Assembly: GCF_963921235.1 (NCBI RefSeq)
Contig: NC_086097.1
Coordinates: 245,336,001-245,400,000, forward strand
Reading direction: 5' to 3'
DNA: 64,000 nucleotides
From: Mobula hypostoma
Taxonomy: Eukaryota
The notes under the pieces were generated by a model. That model was given only the letters and a program-made list of their open reading frames with translations, made no database searches and had not been told where the DNA came from. The position numbers and the translations under genes were made by a program. Positions 26,145 through 40,747 of this stretch are shown piece after piece (positions within the stretch are counted from its first letter, which is position 1; the number at the start of each line of letters is the position of its first letter).

Positions 26145-29100
26145 AAACCATAAGACACGGGAGCAGAATTAGGCCATTCAGCCCATCGAGTCTGCTCCAC
26201 CATTCGATCATGGCCGATCCCGGATCCCACTCAACCCCATACATCTGCCTTCTCGCCATATCCTTTGATGCCCTGACCAGTCAGGAAAATATCAACTTCC
26301 ACCTTAAATATACTCATGGACTTGGCCTCCACCACAGTCTGTGGCAGAGCATTCCACAGATATACTACCCTCTGGCTAAAAAAAAATTCCTCCTTACCTC
26401 TGTTCAAAATGGTTGCCTTCAATTTTGAGGCTGTGCCCTCTAGTTCTGGACTCCGCCACCATAGGAAACATCCTCTCCACATCCACCGTATCTACTCCTT
26501 TCAACATTCGGTAGGTTTCAACGAGGTCCCCCAACATTCTTCTAAATTCCAGTGAGTACTGGCCCAAAGCTGCCAAATGCTGCTCATATGTTAACCCCTT
26601 CATTCCTGGAAAATCATCCTCGTGAACCTCCTCGGGAATCTCTCCAATGACAACACATTCTTTCTGAGATATGGGGTCCAAAACTGTTGATAATACTCTT
26701 AAGAGCGGACTGACTACTATCTTATAAAGGCTCAGTATTATCTCCTTGCTTTTACATTCTGTTCTCCTTGAAATAAATGCCAACATTGCATTTCCCTTCT
26801 TTACCACAGACTCAACCTGTAAATTAACCTTCTGGGAGTCTTGTACGAGGACTCTGAAGTCCCTCTGCATCTCTGATGTTTGAATTTTCTCCCCATTTAG
26901 ATTATAATCTGCACTTTTGTTCCTTTTACCAAAATGCATTATCGTAAATTTCCCAACACTGTACTCCATCTGCCACTTTTTTGCCCATTCTTCCAATGTG
27001 TCTAAGTCCTGCTGCAATCGCATTGCTTCCTCAGCACTACCCACCCCTCCACCTATCTTCGTATAATCTACAAACTTGCCACAAAGCCATCAATTCCATT
27101 ATCGAAAGCATTGACAAACAATGTGAAAAGTAACGGTCACAATACTGTCCCCTGAGGAACACCACTAGTACCCAACTGTAAAAGGCCCCCTTTATTCCCA
27201 CCAGCTGCCTCCGGCCTGTCAGCCATTCCTTTATCCAAGCCAGTATCTTTCCTGTAATGACATGGAATGTTATCTTATGAAGCAGCCTCATGTGTGGCAC
27301 TTTATCAAATGCCTTCTGAAAATCCAAAAATGACATCCACTGCCTCTCCTGTGTCCACCCTGCTTGTTATTTCCTCAAAGAAGGCTAACAGATTTGTCAG
27401 ACAAGATTTCCCTTTACAGAAACCATATTGACTTTGATTTATTTTACCATTAGTCTCCAAGTATCCCGAAATCACATTCCTAATAACGGACTCCAACACA
27501 TTACCAGCCACGGTGGTTAGGCTAACTGGTCTATAATTTCCTTTCTTTTGCCTTCCTCCCTTATTAAAGAGTGGAGTGACATTTGCAATTTTACAGTCCT
27601 CCGGAACCATGCCAGAATCAAGTGATTCTTGAAAGATCATTACCAATGCATCCGTTATCTCTTCAGCAGCTTCTCTCAGGTCTCTGGGATGTAGTCCATT
27701 TGATCCAGATGACTTATCCACCTTAAGACCTTTGAGTTTGCCGAGCACTTTTTCCTTTGTAATAGCAATGGCACTCACTCCTGCTCCCTGACATTCACGG
27801 ACCTCTGGCACACTGACAGTGTCTTCCACAATGAAGACTGGTGTAAAGTACCCATTAAGTTCATCTGCTATTTCTTTGTCCCCCATCACTACCTCACCTG
27901 CATCATTTTCCAGTGGTCTGATATCAACTCTCGCCTTCCTTTTACTCTTTATATAACTGAAAAAACTTTCAGTATCTTGCTTTACATTATTGGCTAACTT
28001 GCCCTCATATTTCATCTTTTCCCTTCTTATAGCTTTTTAGTTTCCTTTTGCTGGATTTTAAAAACTTCCGAATCACCCAACTTCTCACTCACTTTTGCTA
28101 TATTATAAAGCCTTTCCTTGGCTTTTATGCAGTCATTAACTTCCCTTGTCAGCTACGATTGCCTACCCCTGGCACTTGAGAACTACTTCTGTGGGACAAG
28201 TCTATCCTGCACCTTGAGAACTATTCCCAGAAACTTGAGCCATCTCTGCTTTGTCATCATCCCCACCATGCGCCCCCCCCCCCAATCCACCTGGGTAGGC
28301 TCCTCTCTCGTGCCTCTGTAATTCTTATTATTCCATTGTGTTACGGATATATCTGATGTAGCCTTCTCTCTCTCAAAATGCAGTATAAATTCAATCAGTA
28401 TTATCATCACTGCCTCCTAAGGATTCCTTAACCTTAAGCACCCCAATAAAATCTGGATTATTACATAACACCCAATCTAAGCTAGTTTTTCCCCTGAGTA
28501 GGCTCAAGCATGAGCTGCTCTAAAAAAAACCATCTTGTAGGCTTTTAACAAATTCCCTCTCTTGTGATCCAACACCAATCTGATTTTCCCGATCCCCTTG
28601 CATATTGAAGTCCCCATTAGAATTGTGACATTACCTTATTACAAGACCTTTCCAGCTGTCTTTGCAATCTCAACCCCACATCTAGGCTCCAGTCTGGAGG
28701 CCTGTATATGATCCCCATAATGTTTCTTTTACCCTTGCAATTTCTTAACTCCACCCATAAAGATTCAACATTCTCTGACCCTATGGCAGAGATGTAATTC
28801 CATCTCTAACCAACAGAGCCACACTACCGCCTATGCCTTCCTGCATTCCTTTCAATACCAAGTATATCCTTTCATATTAAGCTCTCAACTATGACCTTCT
28901 TTCAGCCACAACTCAGTGATGCCCACAACGTTATACCAACCTTTAACTGTGCCACGAGTTCATCCAACTTATTTCGAACACTAAGTGTATTTAAATACAG
29001 CACCTTCAGTCCTGCATTCTTTGTCCTTTTGAATGTTGCCTCTGTGGTACAATTTAACACTTTGCTCTGTCTGTATTTGTATCCAATCATTGGTTTGTCC

Positions 29101-30430
29101 TTTACATTCATGTTACACCCATCATCTACTTGTAAACCTGCTGGCTCACCCTCAGCTCTATCCTACTGGTTCCCATCCCCCTGCCTTATTAGTTTCTACC
29201 ACTCCCAACAGCTTTACTAAACCTGCCCGCAAGGATATTGGCCCCCTACAGAGTCAAATGCAACCCATCCTTTTAGTACAGGTCACACCTGCCCAAGAAG
29301 AGGTCCCAATTATCCAGAAATCTGAATCCCCGCACCTGCTCCAATCCCTCAGCCACACATTTATCTGCCACCTCATTCTATTCCTATCTTCACTGTCGCA
29401 TGGCACAAGCAGCAGTCCCAAGATTACTACCCTTGGGGTCCTGCTTCTCAACTTCCCTCCTAACTCCCTGTACTCTGTTTTCAGGATCTCCTCCCTTTTT
29501 CTTCCTATGTCGTTGGAACCAATATGTATCACGGCTTCTTGCTGCTCACCCTCCCTTTTTCGGGTATTGTGGACGCGTTCAAAAACATTACAGACCCTGA
29601 AGGCAAACTGCCATCCATGTTTCTTTTTTGCATCCACAGGATTGCCTATCTGTCCCCCTAACTATGAGACCCTTCCTATTGCTGCAATCCTCTTCATTTC
29701 CCTACCCTTTTGAGCCACAAGGTCAGACTCAGTACCAGAGGCATGGCTACTGTTGCTTCTCCCAGATAGGTGGTCCACCCCAACAGTACTCAAAATGGAA
29801 TACTTATTGTTGAGTGGAATGGCCATGGTGGTGCTCTCCACTATCTGACATTTTTCCCTTCCTTCTCTTGACAGTCCCCATTTACCTGTCTCCTGTAGCC
29901 TTGGGGTGACTACCTCCCTGTAGCTCTTCTCTATCACATCCTCACTTTCCCTAACAAGCTGAAGGTCATTGAGCTGCAGCTCTAGTTCCTTAACACCTTC
30001 TCTAAGGAGCTGCATCTTGATGCACCTGGTGCAGATTTGGCCATCGGGGAGGCTGGTAGTCTCCCGGAAATCCCACATCTGACACCCAGAACAGAACACT
30101 CGTCCTGCAGACATACCCCCTATTCTTTCAAGAGTTAAATAAGAAAACAAAATAAGGAATAAACTTACCTTCTTACCTCACCTCCGCCTGTGGAGCCAAA
30201 GCCTTACCACTCTGACTCAGACCACTCCCACGATGACCTCTCAGCTAGATGATACTTCTCTTTTATGGAGACTGGGTTTTTCAACTGTCCCTCCGGACCT
30301 GCACGGGAACGTTTCTACTACATCTGCACTGCTGTCCAATCAAAGAGTCCCGCTGAAACCCGCCTACTTTTTTAAGCTTCGTCCCTTACCCGCGTGGCAA
30401 TGCTTCTACGGCTTCTGAGCTGCTGTCCAA
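26145..30430 (-). mobile_element. Near full-length degenerate CR1 LINE (5' UTR, ORF1 with SGNH-type esterase, ORF2 APE-RT, 3' UTR)
   Basis: ORF1 has CSGC...CTRC and IHIGSNDIG; ORF2 has VLYLN...RNKLDEL, NYRPVSLT, QYGF and DFQKAFD; many frameshifts. Confidence 0.9.
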
Positions 30431-30444
30431 TCAGGATGTGCTGA

Positions 30445-30940
30445 ATCTAGAGAGGGTTCAAAGGAAGTGAGCGAAAGTAATTCCAGGATTGAACGGCTTG
30501 TCATTTCAAGAGCATTTGATGGCTCTAGGTCTGCTTTCACCAGAATTGAGAAGAATGAGGGGTGACCTAAATGAAGCCTATTGATTGGTGAAAGGCCTTG
30601 GTAAGAGTGGATGTGAAGAGGATGTTTCCTATGGTGGCAGAGTCAAAGGCGAGAGGACACTGCCTCAGAATTGGGGGGCAACCTTTTAGAATGGAGATGA
30701 GGAAGAATTTATTTAGCGGTGTATCTGTGAAATTTGTTGCCATGGGCAGCTGTGGAGGCCTTTATGTATATTTAAGGCAGAGGTTGATAGATTCCTCATT
30801 GGTCAGGGCATGGAGGGATACAAGGGGAAGGCAGGAGAATGGAGCAAAGAGGAAACAATTATCAGCCATGATGAAATGGCAAAGCAGACTTGATGGGCTG
30901 AATGGCCTTATTCTGCTCCTGAGTCTTATGATGTTATGGT
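30445..30940 (+). mobile_element. CR1 LINE 3' fragment
   Basis: ORF 30598-30942; similar to 23250-23720. Confidence 0.8.
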
Positions 30941-32409
30941 AACATTTTGCTGTTACCCAACCACCAAGTCCCCAGCTGGGTATCAACAAAACTGCTGAAG
31001 CCATGGAGTGAGAACCAAAACCAGATTGCTGACTACAGCAGTTAAGGCAGAATACATGGCTGATATTCGATTCTTTGCAGTGTGGAGGAACAGAGGGATC
31101 TTGGGTACATGTCCATAGATCTCTCAAAGTTGTTGTGCAAGTCAATAGAGTGATTAAGAAGACATATGGTGCGTTGATCTTCCATTAGTTGGAGAATTGA
31201 GCTTAAGAGCTGCGAGATAATGTTGCAGCTCTATAATACTCTAGTTAGACCACACTTGGAATATCGTGTTCATTTCTGGTGAAGAGATTCTCAGGGTTGT
31301 CAGGGTTGTGAATAGTTCATTGGATCAGTTGGGGAATCTGGGATGGTTCTCCTTGTTTCTTAGAAGTTTGTGCAGATTGGGCATCATGTAAAACTTCGAC
31401 ATACTGTACTTCTATAGATGAACAGTGGAGAGTATCCTGGCTGGTCGATCATAGCCTGTTATGGAAATTCCAATGCCCAAGAACAGAAGAGCCTAACAAA
31501 ATAACGGATACAGCCCAGTCCATCACAGGAAAAACTCACCCCACCATTAAGCACTGCCACTAGAAAACAGGATCCATCATCAAGAACCCACACCATCTCT
31601 TTTCACTGCTGTCATCAGGCAGGAAGTACAGGAGCCTTTGGTCCCACACCACCACATTCAGGAAAAGCTATTACCTTACTACCATCAACCAGTGTGGATA
31701 ACTTCACTCACATCAACATGGAACTGATTCCACAACCTACAGACTCACTTTCAAGATCTCTACAACTCACGTTCTCAGTATTATATATTTATCTATCTAT
31801 CTAGCTATCTTTTTATTTATTTAATTTGTCTAACTACCTATTTATTCATCTATATTCATTTATTGAGTGATTGATTGAATTTTAATATTTTATTTGTATT
31901 TGTCTTCATTTGCATATTGGCATTAGTTAGTCTTTGTGCGCAGTTTTTCATTGATTCAATTGTATTCCTTTGTCCTACTGTGAATGCCTGCAAGAAAATG
32001 AATCTCAGGGTTGTATACGTTCTTTGATAATAAATTTACTTTGAATTTCTGTTCTTATTTTTTGTTGTCTCTGAGTTTGTGTGTGTGTCTGTCTGTCTAT
32101 GGCAGGTGGTGGTGTGTGTGAGGTTGTGGCTTAAACACAAACAAAAGTCCTGTACTAATTTATTCCTGTTGTACAACACCTTCTCTCAACAGTAAAGGCC
32201 CATGGAAAATTTCCACCATTTCCTTTATCTTGAGAACGATCTCTCATCGAGGCTGACTAAATTTCATAGAGTGTGCCAGCACAGAAATCTGAAGAAAATT
32301 GTGTTTGATGATCCAGACCTCAAAGCTTATGATCTTCGTAATTCCTGCCCTGCTGCACACTGCCGAACCATGCAGACTCTTTTGAGGCATCACCCCAGCT
32401 GCTCACGGG

Positions 32410-32760
32410 AATCAGAGACGGAGACAGAGAAAGTGGAGAATGGAACAGAGTCCTTATAGGAGGCAAAATGGGGCAAAGAGTAGTTGGTCTAGCTGTGACA
32501 ATCAGTAGACTTGTAATGGATGTAATCTCCAGAGGTGGAGGCAGGGAGATCCAGAAAAGGAAGGGAAGACTCCTACAGGTGAGGGCAGTGTGGAAATTGG
32601 CAGCAAAGCGGCAGGGGGCATCAGAGGTGTCATGGTTATAAACAGAAAGGACAGAACCAGAGGAGGATAGAGGCTAGGTAGGAAGAAATGTTTTGCGTGG
32701 CAAGAACAACTAAAACAATGGCCTGGCCTGTGAACTTCGGGCAGGCTACGTGGAGCTGGG
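32410..32760 (-). mobile_element. Old Penelope-like RT remnant
   Basis: Minus-strand pieces translate to FAANFHTAL, IHYKSTDCHS and KDSVPFSTFL, resembling the PLE RT C-terminal/thumb region. Confidence 0.55.
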
Positions 32761-35700
32761 ACTCTGAAAGTCTGGAAGCTGTAGAGGGAAGTCTCGCTGC
32801 ACAGGGCTAAGTTTCATTTTCATTAAATCCTTGGTGAAGATCAAACGTTCAAACATTATAGAAGCTTTTGGTGTGATTTTTAATAACTAATTCCCAGATT
32901 TATTGAAATCATTTTCAGACCTTGTAGCATAATTCATGGACTAGATGGGCTGAAGGGCCTGTTTCTGTGCTGTGGTGCTTTATGACGTTGCCCCGTTAAA
33001 TTTAAGAAACTTTCACCCAAGTTGCTAGATGTTCAAGTGTATAATACTGCGGTGAAGACAACACAGTTCAAGATGGTGGTTCTGCCAAGCTTTGTGGGCA
33101 TGCAATGTCGGTGCCAGGATGTGTGGCTAAACTAGCGGGCTGCCCCCACCATGTTCTTGGGTGTGTTCGTTGTTAACGCAAGCAACACATTTCACTGTAT
33201 GTTTCGATGTACAAGTGATACCTTGAATCTTGCATCAGGGCCTCTGGGAATATAGAACAAACAGCACAGTACAGTATTTTTGGCCTACGACCTTTTAACC
33301 TACTCTGAGATCAATCTTTCCTCCTACATAGTGCTTTATTTTCAGGTCATCCATGTGCCTATCTAAGAGTTTTTTAAATGTCCCTAATGTATCTGCCTTT
33401 ATCACCACCTCAGGGCGTTTCACACACCCACCACTCTCTGCGTAAAAAAAACTACCTCCGACATCTCCCTTTATACTTTCCTCCAAACACATTAAATTAT
33501 GCCCCTTTATATTGTAGACCAATACAACAAACTTTACCTTTCCTTAATTATTGGGTTTTAAGGTTTGAGAAATTCACTGAAGGAGGACGGGGAAGATGTG
33601 TGAACATAAATTAATTCATTTCAGGGTTTTAATATAGTATATTTTAAGTACTGCTGCCACAAAACAACAAACTTCACAACATATGTCAGTAGTAATAAAC
33701 TTGATTCTCATTCTCAGATACAGTAGAGAAAGGGAGCTCAAAAGGAAAAAGGAAAAAATGGAAAGATCTCGAAGTCAATGTAAACTTAAAGTGGACCTAC
33801 CACACCTCCTCTCTAGTCAAATAGTTATATATGTACAATCACATGACTTTGAACTTGAATTTGAGATTTATTATTAAAGTACAAACATGTCGCCATATAC
33901 AACCCAGAGATTCATTTCCTTGTGGGCATACTCAATAAATCCATATTAGAATATAACCATACCAGAATCAATGAAAGACGGCACCAACTTGGGTGTTTAA
34001 CCAGCATGCAAAAGCTAACAAATGGTGCAAACACAAAAAGAAAGAAATAATAATGATAAATAAATAAATAAGTAATAAATATCGAGAACATGAGATGAAG
34101 AGTCTTTGAAAGTGAGTTGTGGGAACATTTCAATGATGGGGCAAGTGAAGTTGAGCATTTACAGGCGAATAAAGAAATACAATAGAATTTTTGAAAAACT
34201 ACGCATAAGCAAAACTGACAAACAATTGATTCTGTTAGAGTTACTATTCTAAAGATTTGTTGAGTATGCCCACAAGAAAATGAATCTCAGGGTTGGATAT
34301 GGTGACATATAGGTACTTTGATGCTAGATTTACTTTGGACTTTAACAACTAATGTGCAAAAGAAGACAAATTGCGCATAAAATAATAAATAATTAGACAA
34401 ACAAATAAACAAATAATACTGAGAACATGATTTGTAGAGTCCTTGAAAGTGAGTCTGTAGATTATGGAATAAATTGTGTCGAGGTGAGTGAAATTATCCG
34501 CACTGACTCAGGAGACTGTTCCTGTGTTCTATGTTCTAAACAAATATTTTCAGATGAGATTGTAAAATGGGTTAATAATATAAATCAGACTAAATAATTG
34601 CATTTTCCTGTTTGCCCCAATGTTTCAGATAGAATGACTATAAAAGATTGAATTGAAAGTAGGAGCTTGGGTTCATTTCGTATACCACAGGAGAACTTTA
34701 AAGAAGATGCGAATTTTGCTCAGTTGAAAGCTGGGTGAAGCAATTACATTTTGTAAAGAATAAAATTAGAATATAGCACACATATGGAAAGGTCATATTT
34801 TTAGTTCAAAGTAAATTTATTATCAAAATACGTATATGTCACCATATACAACCCTGAGATTCATTTTCTTGCGGGTATTTACAGGAAAATAAAGAATTAC
34901 AACCAAATTTATTTTTAAAAACTAAACATAAATAAAGACTGACAAACAACCAATGAGCTCCAGAGTCCATGAAAGTAAGTTGTGGAATCATTTAGTGTTG
35001 AATTAAGTCAAGTTATCTGAGGCAGTTCAGAAGCCTGATGGTTAAAGGGTAATAACTGTTCCTAAACCTGGTGATGTGGCTCCTGTATCTCCTTCCTAAT
35101 GGTAGCAGTGAAAAGAGAGCATGGCCTATATTTGTAACCCAAATGAAATGGACCACATTTTTGTAATTATTACTTTCTGAACAAGGAAGGATAATCTAAA
35201 ATCACTAACAATCTATATATTTTATTGATTAATTATAATTATTTGCCTGAACCTCCTGCAAAAGTTTATTGTAATTAATATGCAGGAATCACAATGTTTA
35301 TGAAGCATTTGGACTGTGGGACAAACGCCTGCAGCATTTGGTGATTCACAATTGTCACAATATCTCCTCCTCACTACAAAATGCAAACTGAGTTGTAATT
35401 CATTGAAGGGTCCATAATTCATTGAAAGTGATGTCACAGCTAGATAGGGTCATAAAGAAAGCTTCTGGCACATTTTGGCCTTCATAAATCAAAGTACTGA
35501 GTACAGGAGACGGGATGTTATGTTGAAATTGTATAATACTTTGTTGAGGCCTAATTTGGAGCATGGTGGGCAGTTTTGGTCACCTACCTACAGGGATGAT
35601 GTAAACAAGCTTGAAAGGGTACAGAGAAAATTTAAATGGATGTTGCCAGGGCTAGAGGGCCTGAGTTATGAGGAAAGATCGAATAGGTTAGGACTACAAC

Positions 35701-35771
35701 TAGAGGTCATAGGTTAAGGGTGAAAGGTGAAAAGTTCACAGTTCAAAGTAAATTTATTACTAAAGTATGTA

Positions 35772-36060
35772 GGGTGGCATGGTAGCATAGCAATTAGCAA
35801 GATGTTACAGCCCGGGTCTTGGGAGTTTAGAGTTCAATTCTGGCACCATCTGTGAGGAATTGGTACATTCTCCCCCTTAATCATGAGGGTCTCCTCCAGG
35901 TGCTCCAGCTTCCTCCCACAGTCCAAAGACATACCAGTTAGTAGGTTAATTGGTCATTGTAAATTGTCCCACGATTAGGCTAGAGTTAAATAGGTGGGTT
36001 GCAGAGTACAGCGACTCATTAGGCTGGAAAGGCCTGTTTCAACCTGTACCTTTAAATAAA
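35772..36060 (+). mobile_element. HE1/V-SINE-like SINE
   Basis: tRNA-like head with gagttcaattc B-box-like motif; core ccaggtgctccagcttcctcccacagtccaaagac. Confidence 0.75.
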
Positions 36061-36155
36061 GTACTCTGTTGGCCAGTGTCAACTATAGATGTAGTGACCC
36101 AGCTATCTACATGATATGCAAGCCAGTGCAGTACAATATGGAGATACAATATAAC

Positions 36156-37260
36156 GCATCTCCTCCATTTCACGGACATCTGCTCTCACTCCATCCTCCC
36201 GCCACCCCACTAGGAATAGGGTTCCCCTTGTCCTCAGCTACCACCCCACCAGCCTCCGGGTCCAACATATTATTCTCCGTAACTTCCGCCACCTCCAACG
36301 GGATCCCACCACTAAGCACATCTTTCCCTCCCCGCCCTCTGCTTTCCACAGGGATCGCTCCCTACGCGACTCCCTTGTCCACCCGTTCCCCCCCCCATGC
36401 CTCCCCACCGATCTCCCTCCTGGCACTTATCCTTGTAAGCAGAACAAGTGCTACACATGCCCTTACACTTCCTCCCTCACTACCATTCAGGGCCCCAGAC
36501 AGTCCTTCCAGGTGAGGCGACACTTCACCTGTGAGTCGGCTGGAGTGGTATACTGCATCCGGTGCTCCCAGTGTGGCCTTCTATATACTGGCGAGACCCG
36601 ACGCAGACTGGGAGATCGTTTTGCTGAACACCTATGCTCTGTCCGCCAGAGAAAGCAGGATCTCCCAGTGGCCACACATTTTAATTCTACATCCCATTCG
36701 CATTCTGATATGTCTATCCACGGCCTCCTCTACTGTCAAAATGAAGCCACACTCAGGTTGGAGGAATAGCACCTTATATTCTGTCTGGGTAGCCTCCAAC
36801 CTGATGGCATGAACATTGACTTCTCAAACTTCTGCTAATGCCCCACCTCCCCCTCATACCCCATCTGTTATTTATTTATATACACACATTCTTTTTCTCT
36901 CTCTCCTTTTTCTCCCTCTGTCCCCCTCACTATACCCCTTGCCCATCCTCTGGTTTTCCCCCCTCCCCCTTTTCTTTCTCCCTAGGCCTCCTGTCTCATG
37001 ATTCTCTCATATCCCTTTTGCCAATCAACTTTCCAGCTCTTGGCTCCATCCCTCCCCCTCCTGTCTTCTCCTATCATTTTGGATCTCCCCCTCCCACTTT
37101 CAAATCTCTTCCTAACTCTTCCTTCAGTTAGTCCTGATGAAGGGTCTCGCCCCAAAACGTCGACTGTACCTCTTCCTGGAGATGCTGCCTGGCCTGCTGC
37201 GTTCACCAGCAACCTTAATGTGTGTTGCTTGAAATTCCAGCATCTGCAGATTTCCTCGTG
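36156..37260 (+). mobile_element. Penelope-like element: linker, GIY-YIG endonuclease and terminal repeat
   Basis: GTYPCKQNKCYTC Cys linker, then VVYCIRCSQCGLLYTGETRRRLGDRFAEH (ORF 36512-36769); premature stop. Confidence 0.9.
37130..37166 (+). ncRNA. Hammerhead motif, probably inactivated (GAAA to AAAA)
   Basis: AGUC-CUGAUGA-A-GGG-UCUCGC-CCC-AAAA-CG-UC-GACUG. Confidence 0.55.
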
Positions 37261-39011
37261 TGATGGAGAGCAAGTTGTTGCCCATGTAGTGGGCTCACCA
37301 TCTTCACGCATCTGATGAATCCAAAGGAACGGCAGAGACTGATACAGTTTGGCACAAGTGGCGTTGCAGGGTTGAACTCAATGTAAGATGGCCTTAGGGA
37401 CACTGGCTTTGAATTTTCCCTCGCGGTTTACTCCTGAAGCCTTCCCCATGAGTGGGTATAGCTGCAAGGTCGTGGAGGTTTGAGATCAGAATTTTCCTTC
37501 TCCTGGATGAACTGCTGATGAGACCCATGTGCCCCAAATCTCTAAATAAAACTAAATAAAGTATGTGTCACCACATACATACATGAAGATTCATTTTCTT
37601 GCGGTCATCCACAGCAGAATGATGAAACACAATAGAATCAATGAAAAACTGACAACCAATGTGTAAAAGAAGATAATATGTTCAAATACAATAAATAAAT
37701 AGACAAATAAATGAATAATTTAAACAATACAAGGAAGATGAGTTGTAGGGTCGTTGAAAGGGAGTGCATAAGTGGGGGAATCATTTCAGAGTTGAGTTGA
37801 GTGAAGTTATCTGCGCTGTTCCAGGAGCCTGATGGTTGTAGGATAATAACTGTTCTTCAACCCGTTGTTATGGGACGTAGGGCTCCTGTACCTCCTGCCT
37901 GAGGGTCGCAGTGAGAGAAGAGAGCCTGGCCTGGATGGTGGGTCCTTGATGATGGAGTCTACTTTCTTGTGGCAGCTCTCCATGCAAATATGCTCAATGG
38001 TGGGGAGGACTTTAGTTCAAAGTTCAAAGTGAATTTGTTGAGATTCAATTTCTTGTGGGTGTTCACAGTAGAACAATGAGAAGAGAATCAAAAAAAAACT
38101 ACACACAAAGACTGACAACCAATGTGCAAGAGGCAAACTGCAAATAAAAAGAGCTAATAACAAACACACAAGTAAATAAATAATATTGAGAACATGAAGT
38201 ATAAAGTTCTTGAAAGTGAGTCCATAAGTTGTGGAATCAGTTCAGTGTTGTGGTGAGTGAAGTCATCTACACTGGTTCAGGAGCCTGACGGCTGAGGGGT
38301 AGTAACTGTTTCTGAACCTGGTGGTGTGGGACCTCCTGTAATAACTGTTCCTGAGGGATAATAACTGTTCCTGAACCTGGTGGTGTGGGACCTCCTGCAT
38401 CTGTACCTGTATTTTGCTATGTAACATTTGCTCTGTATTTGGAGTCAAATGGTGAACTTATAAAATGTTGCTGGGCAGAGGGAATATTGGAAATTTCCAC
38501 ATATTAGTTAGAAGAATTACAGAACTATTTAGTCCCTGTCCTTTTTAGTTCCAACCTAAATTGATGTTGGTTCTGTCAACAGCAGTAGAAATATTGATTG
38601 TATAGGGAACACAAAAATATTTACATTAAGTTAACTTAATGTGATAATGGGTTAAGAGATATGCTCTTAGTTTAATAACATAGTTTGATATTATAAAAAA
38701 TTACTTTTATAAATTATAACATATACCTAAAAATTAAATGTAGTCTTTATGTTTTGCTGCCAGGATTGTACAATGTCGATCTACTATTGTAATGAATTGA
38801 TCTCTATCTGCATTCTCAGCCCTCCCTTTCCAGTCCTGATGAAGCTTCTTGGCCCAAAACCTCAACTGCTTATTTCCCACATAGATGAAATGACCTGCCA
38901 AACTCCTCCAGCATTTTGTATTTGTTGCTGAAGACACATTTTTCACAGTACCTTGGTGCATGCAGCCATAGAGTAATTGAACATTACAGCATAGAAACAG
39001 GCACTTCGGCC

Positions 39012-39340
39012 CAGCGTTCCCTCTAACTTGTGATGACCAGTGCATGCAAAAATCTTGTGCTGTGCAATTTTTTTGCCCAGTGACAATAACACATGCACAC
39101 CGAATAATTTCTTTGATAAAAACAGTATAAAGAAGCTGGCTCTAAATCTGCAGAGAAGTCATAGCAAATTCCCCGTTGTCAACACTGTTCGCATCAGAAA
39201 CCAGAAGGGGAAATGTGACTGTGTACTTAACATGCCATGCCAATGAGGTCGAGGGTGACAACCTTTTGTACGCAGTTTAATTTCCTTTGTGCGCTGGTAG
39301 CAAAAGATGTGTACATGTGCACATCTTAGAGGGAACATTG
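39012..39340. mobile_element. Non-autonomous hAT-like DNA transposon (MITE)
   Basis: TIRs cagcgttccctctaa (39012-39026) and ttagagggaacattg (39326-39340); degenerate 8 bp flanks cttcggcc and ttttggcg; splits a CR1 3' UTR. Confidence 0.7.
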
Positions 39341-40747
39341 TTTTGGCGCATCTAGTTCGTGCCAATCTGCCTAGTCCTATCAACCTGCGCTCAGACCATA
39401 GCCATCTATACCCCTCTCATCCATGTACCTATCCAAATTTCTTTAATCATTGAAATCAAACCCATGTCCACCACTTCCACACTCTCTTCGCCCTCTGAGT
39501 GAAGACGTTCCTCCTCAGGTTCCCCTTAAACATTCTACCTTTCACCCTTAACCCATTACCTCTGGTTGTAGTCTCCCCCAACCTAAGTACAAAAAAAACC
39601 TGCTCGCATTTACCCTGTCTATATTGTGTATACACATGACAGTAATCAACCAATTTACCAGATTTAAATCTGATTAATGTTTTTTGCATATTAAGTTTTG
39701 AAATCCAAGGTTTTGTATTGCATTGGTATAATATTCTCTGAAACAGATGAAGTTACTGAGGCTATTGCTTGACTCCCGGACTCCACAAGGGGGAGCGCGA
39801 GGTCCTTTAAAACTCGACAGGATACCTGTTGATCCCGGATTCACTAAAACATTCATCAGGTCTCGCTAAAATTCGTAGGTTACTTTATTTTAAAAAAAAC
39901 GAATCAAGCTACACAACAGAACTAAACAAACGAAATCTCGTTTCATTTTATTACAATTGCATATTCCTGGGGTGTTCTAAATGTTACCATTAATATTAAA
40001 ATCTTGGAAAGATATGCCGATGACAAATGAGGTAAATTAAAGGATTAATCATTTCCAAATACAGAAATGCCTGGCCTAACCTAAAACAGAAATGTGAGCG
40101 GATAAAATAATCCGTGCAATTTTCGTAAGGTTTATCGCATTTTGGGAAAGATCAGGGATCAGGAGGCAGGTCAGTGTGCGGGTGACATTCTGGTGCCGTC
40201 GTCCAGGGGCGCAAATTCCTTGTCTGGCTGAAGACCTTGCGATCTCCAACCTCGAGAATTCATTAAGACCACAAGACAGAAGGACAGAATTAGACCACTA
40301 GGCCCATCGAGTTTGCTACCGTTATTCCATCATGGCTGATTTATTATCCCTCTCAACCCCATTCTTCGCCTTCTCCCTATAACGTTTCACGCTCTTACTA
40401 ATCACGGACCTATCAATCTCCAATCGCTGACTTGGCCTCTACCGCTAGATTCACTGCCCTCTGGCTAAATGAATTCAAAGTTCTAAGTAAATTTATTATC
40501 AAAGTACACGTCAGTCACTATACACAACCCTGATTCATTTTCTTGCGGGCATACTCAATAAATCCAATAACCACAATAGAATCAATGAAAGGCCGCACCA
40601 ACTGGGCGTACAACCAGTGGGCAAATATAAAAAGAAAGAAGTAATAATAATAAATAAATAAGCAATAAATATCGAAGAATATGAAATGACGAGTCCTTGA
40701 ACGTGTCCATAGGTTGTGGGAACATTGCAGTGATGGGGTGAGTGAAG

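Noticed and set aside
32202..32459. 85 aa ATG-initiated ORF as a possible host exon
   Set aside because: No recognisable homology, and it overlaps an old PLE RT remnant on the opposite strand.
35772..35850. SINE heads as tRNA genes
   Set aside because: They continue into V-SINE cores and LINE-type tails and do not form a full cloverleaf.
38295..38400. Local tandem duplication of aactgttcctgaacctggtggtgtgggacctcctg
   Set aside because: Simple slippage or duplication inside a repeat fragment; no sign of function.
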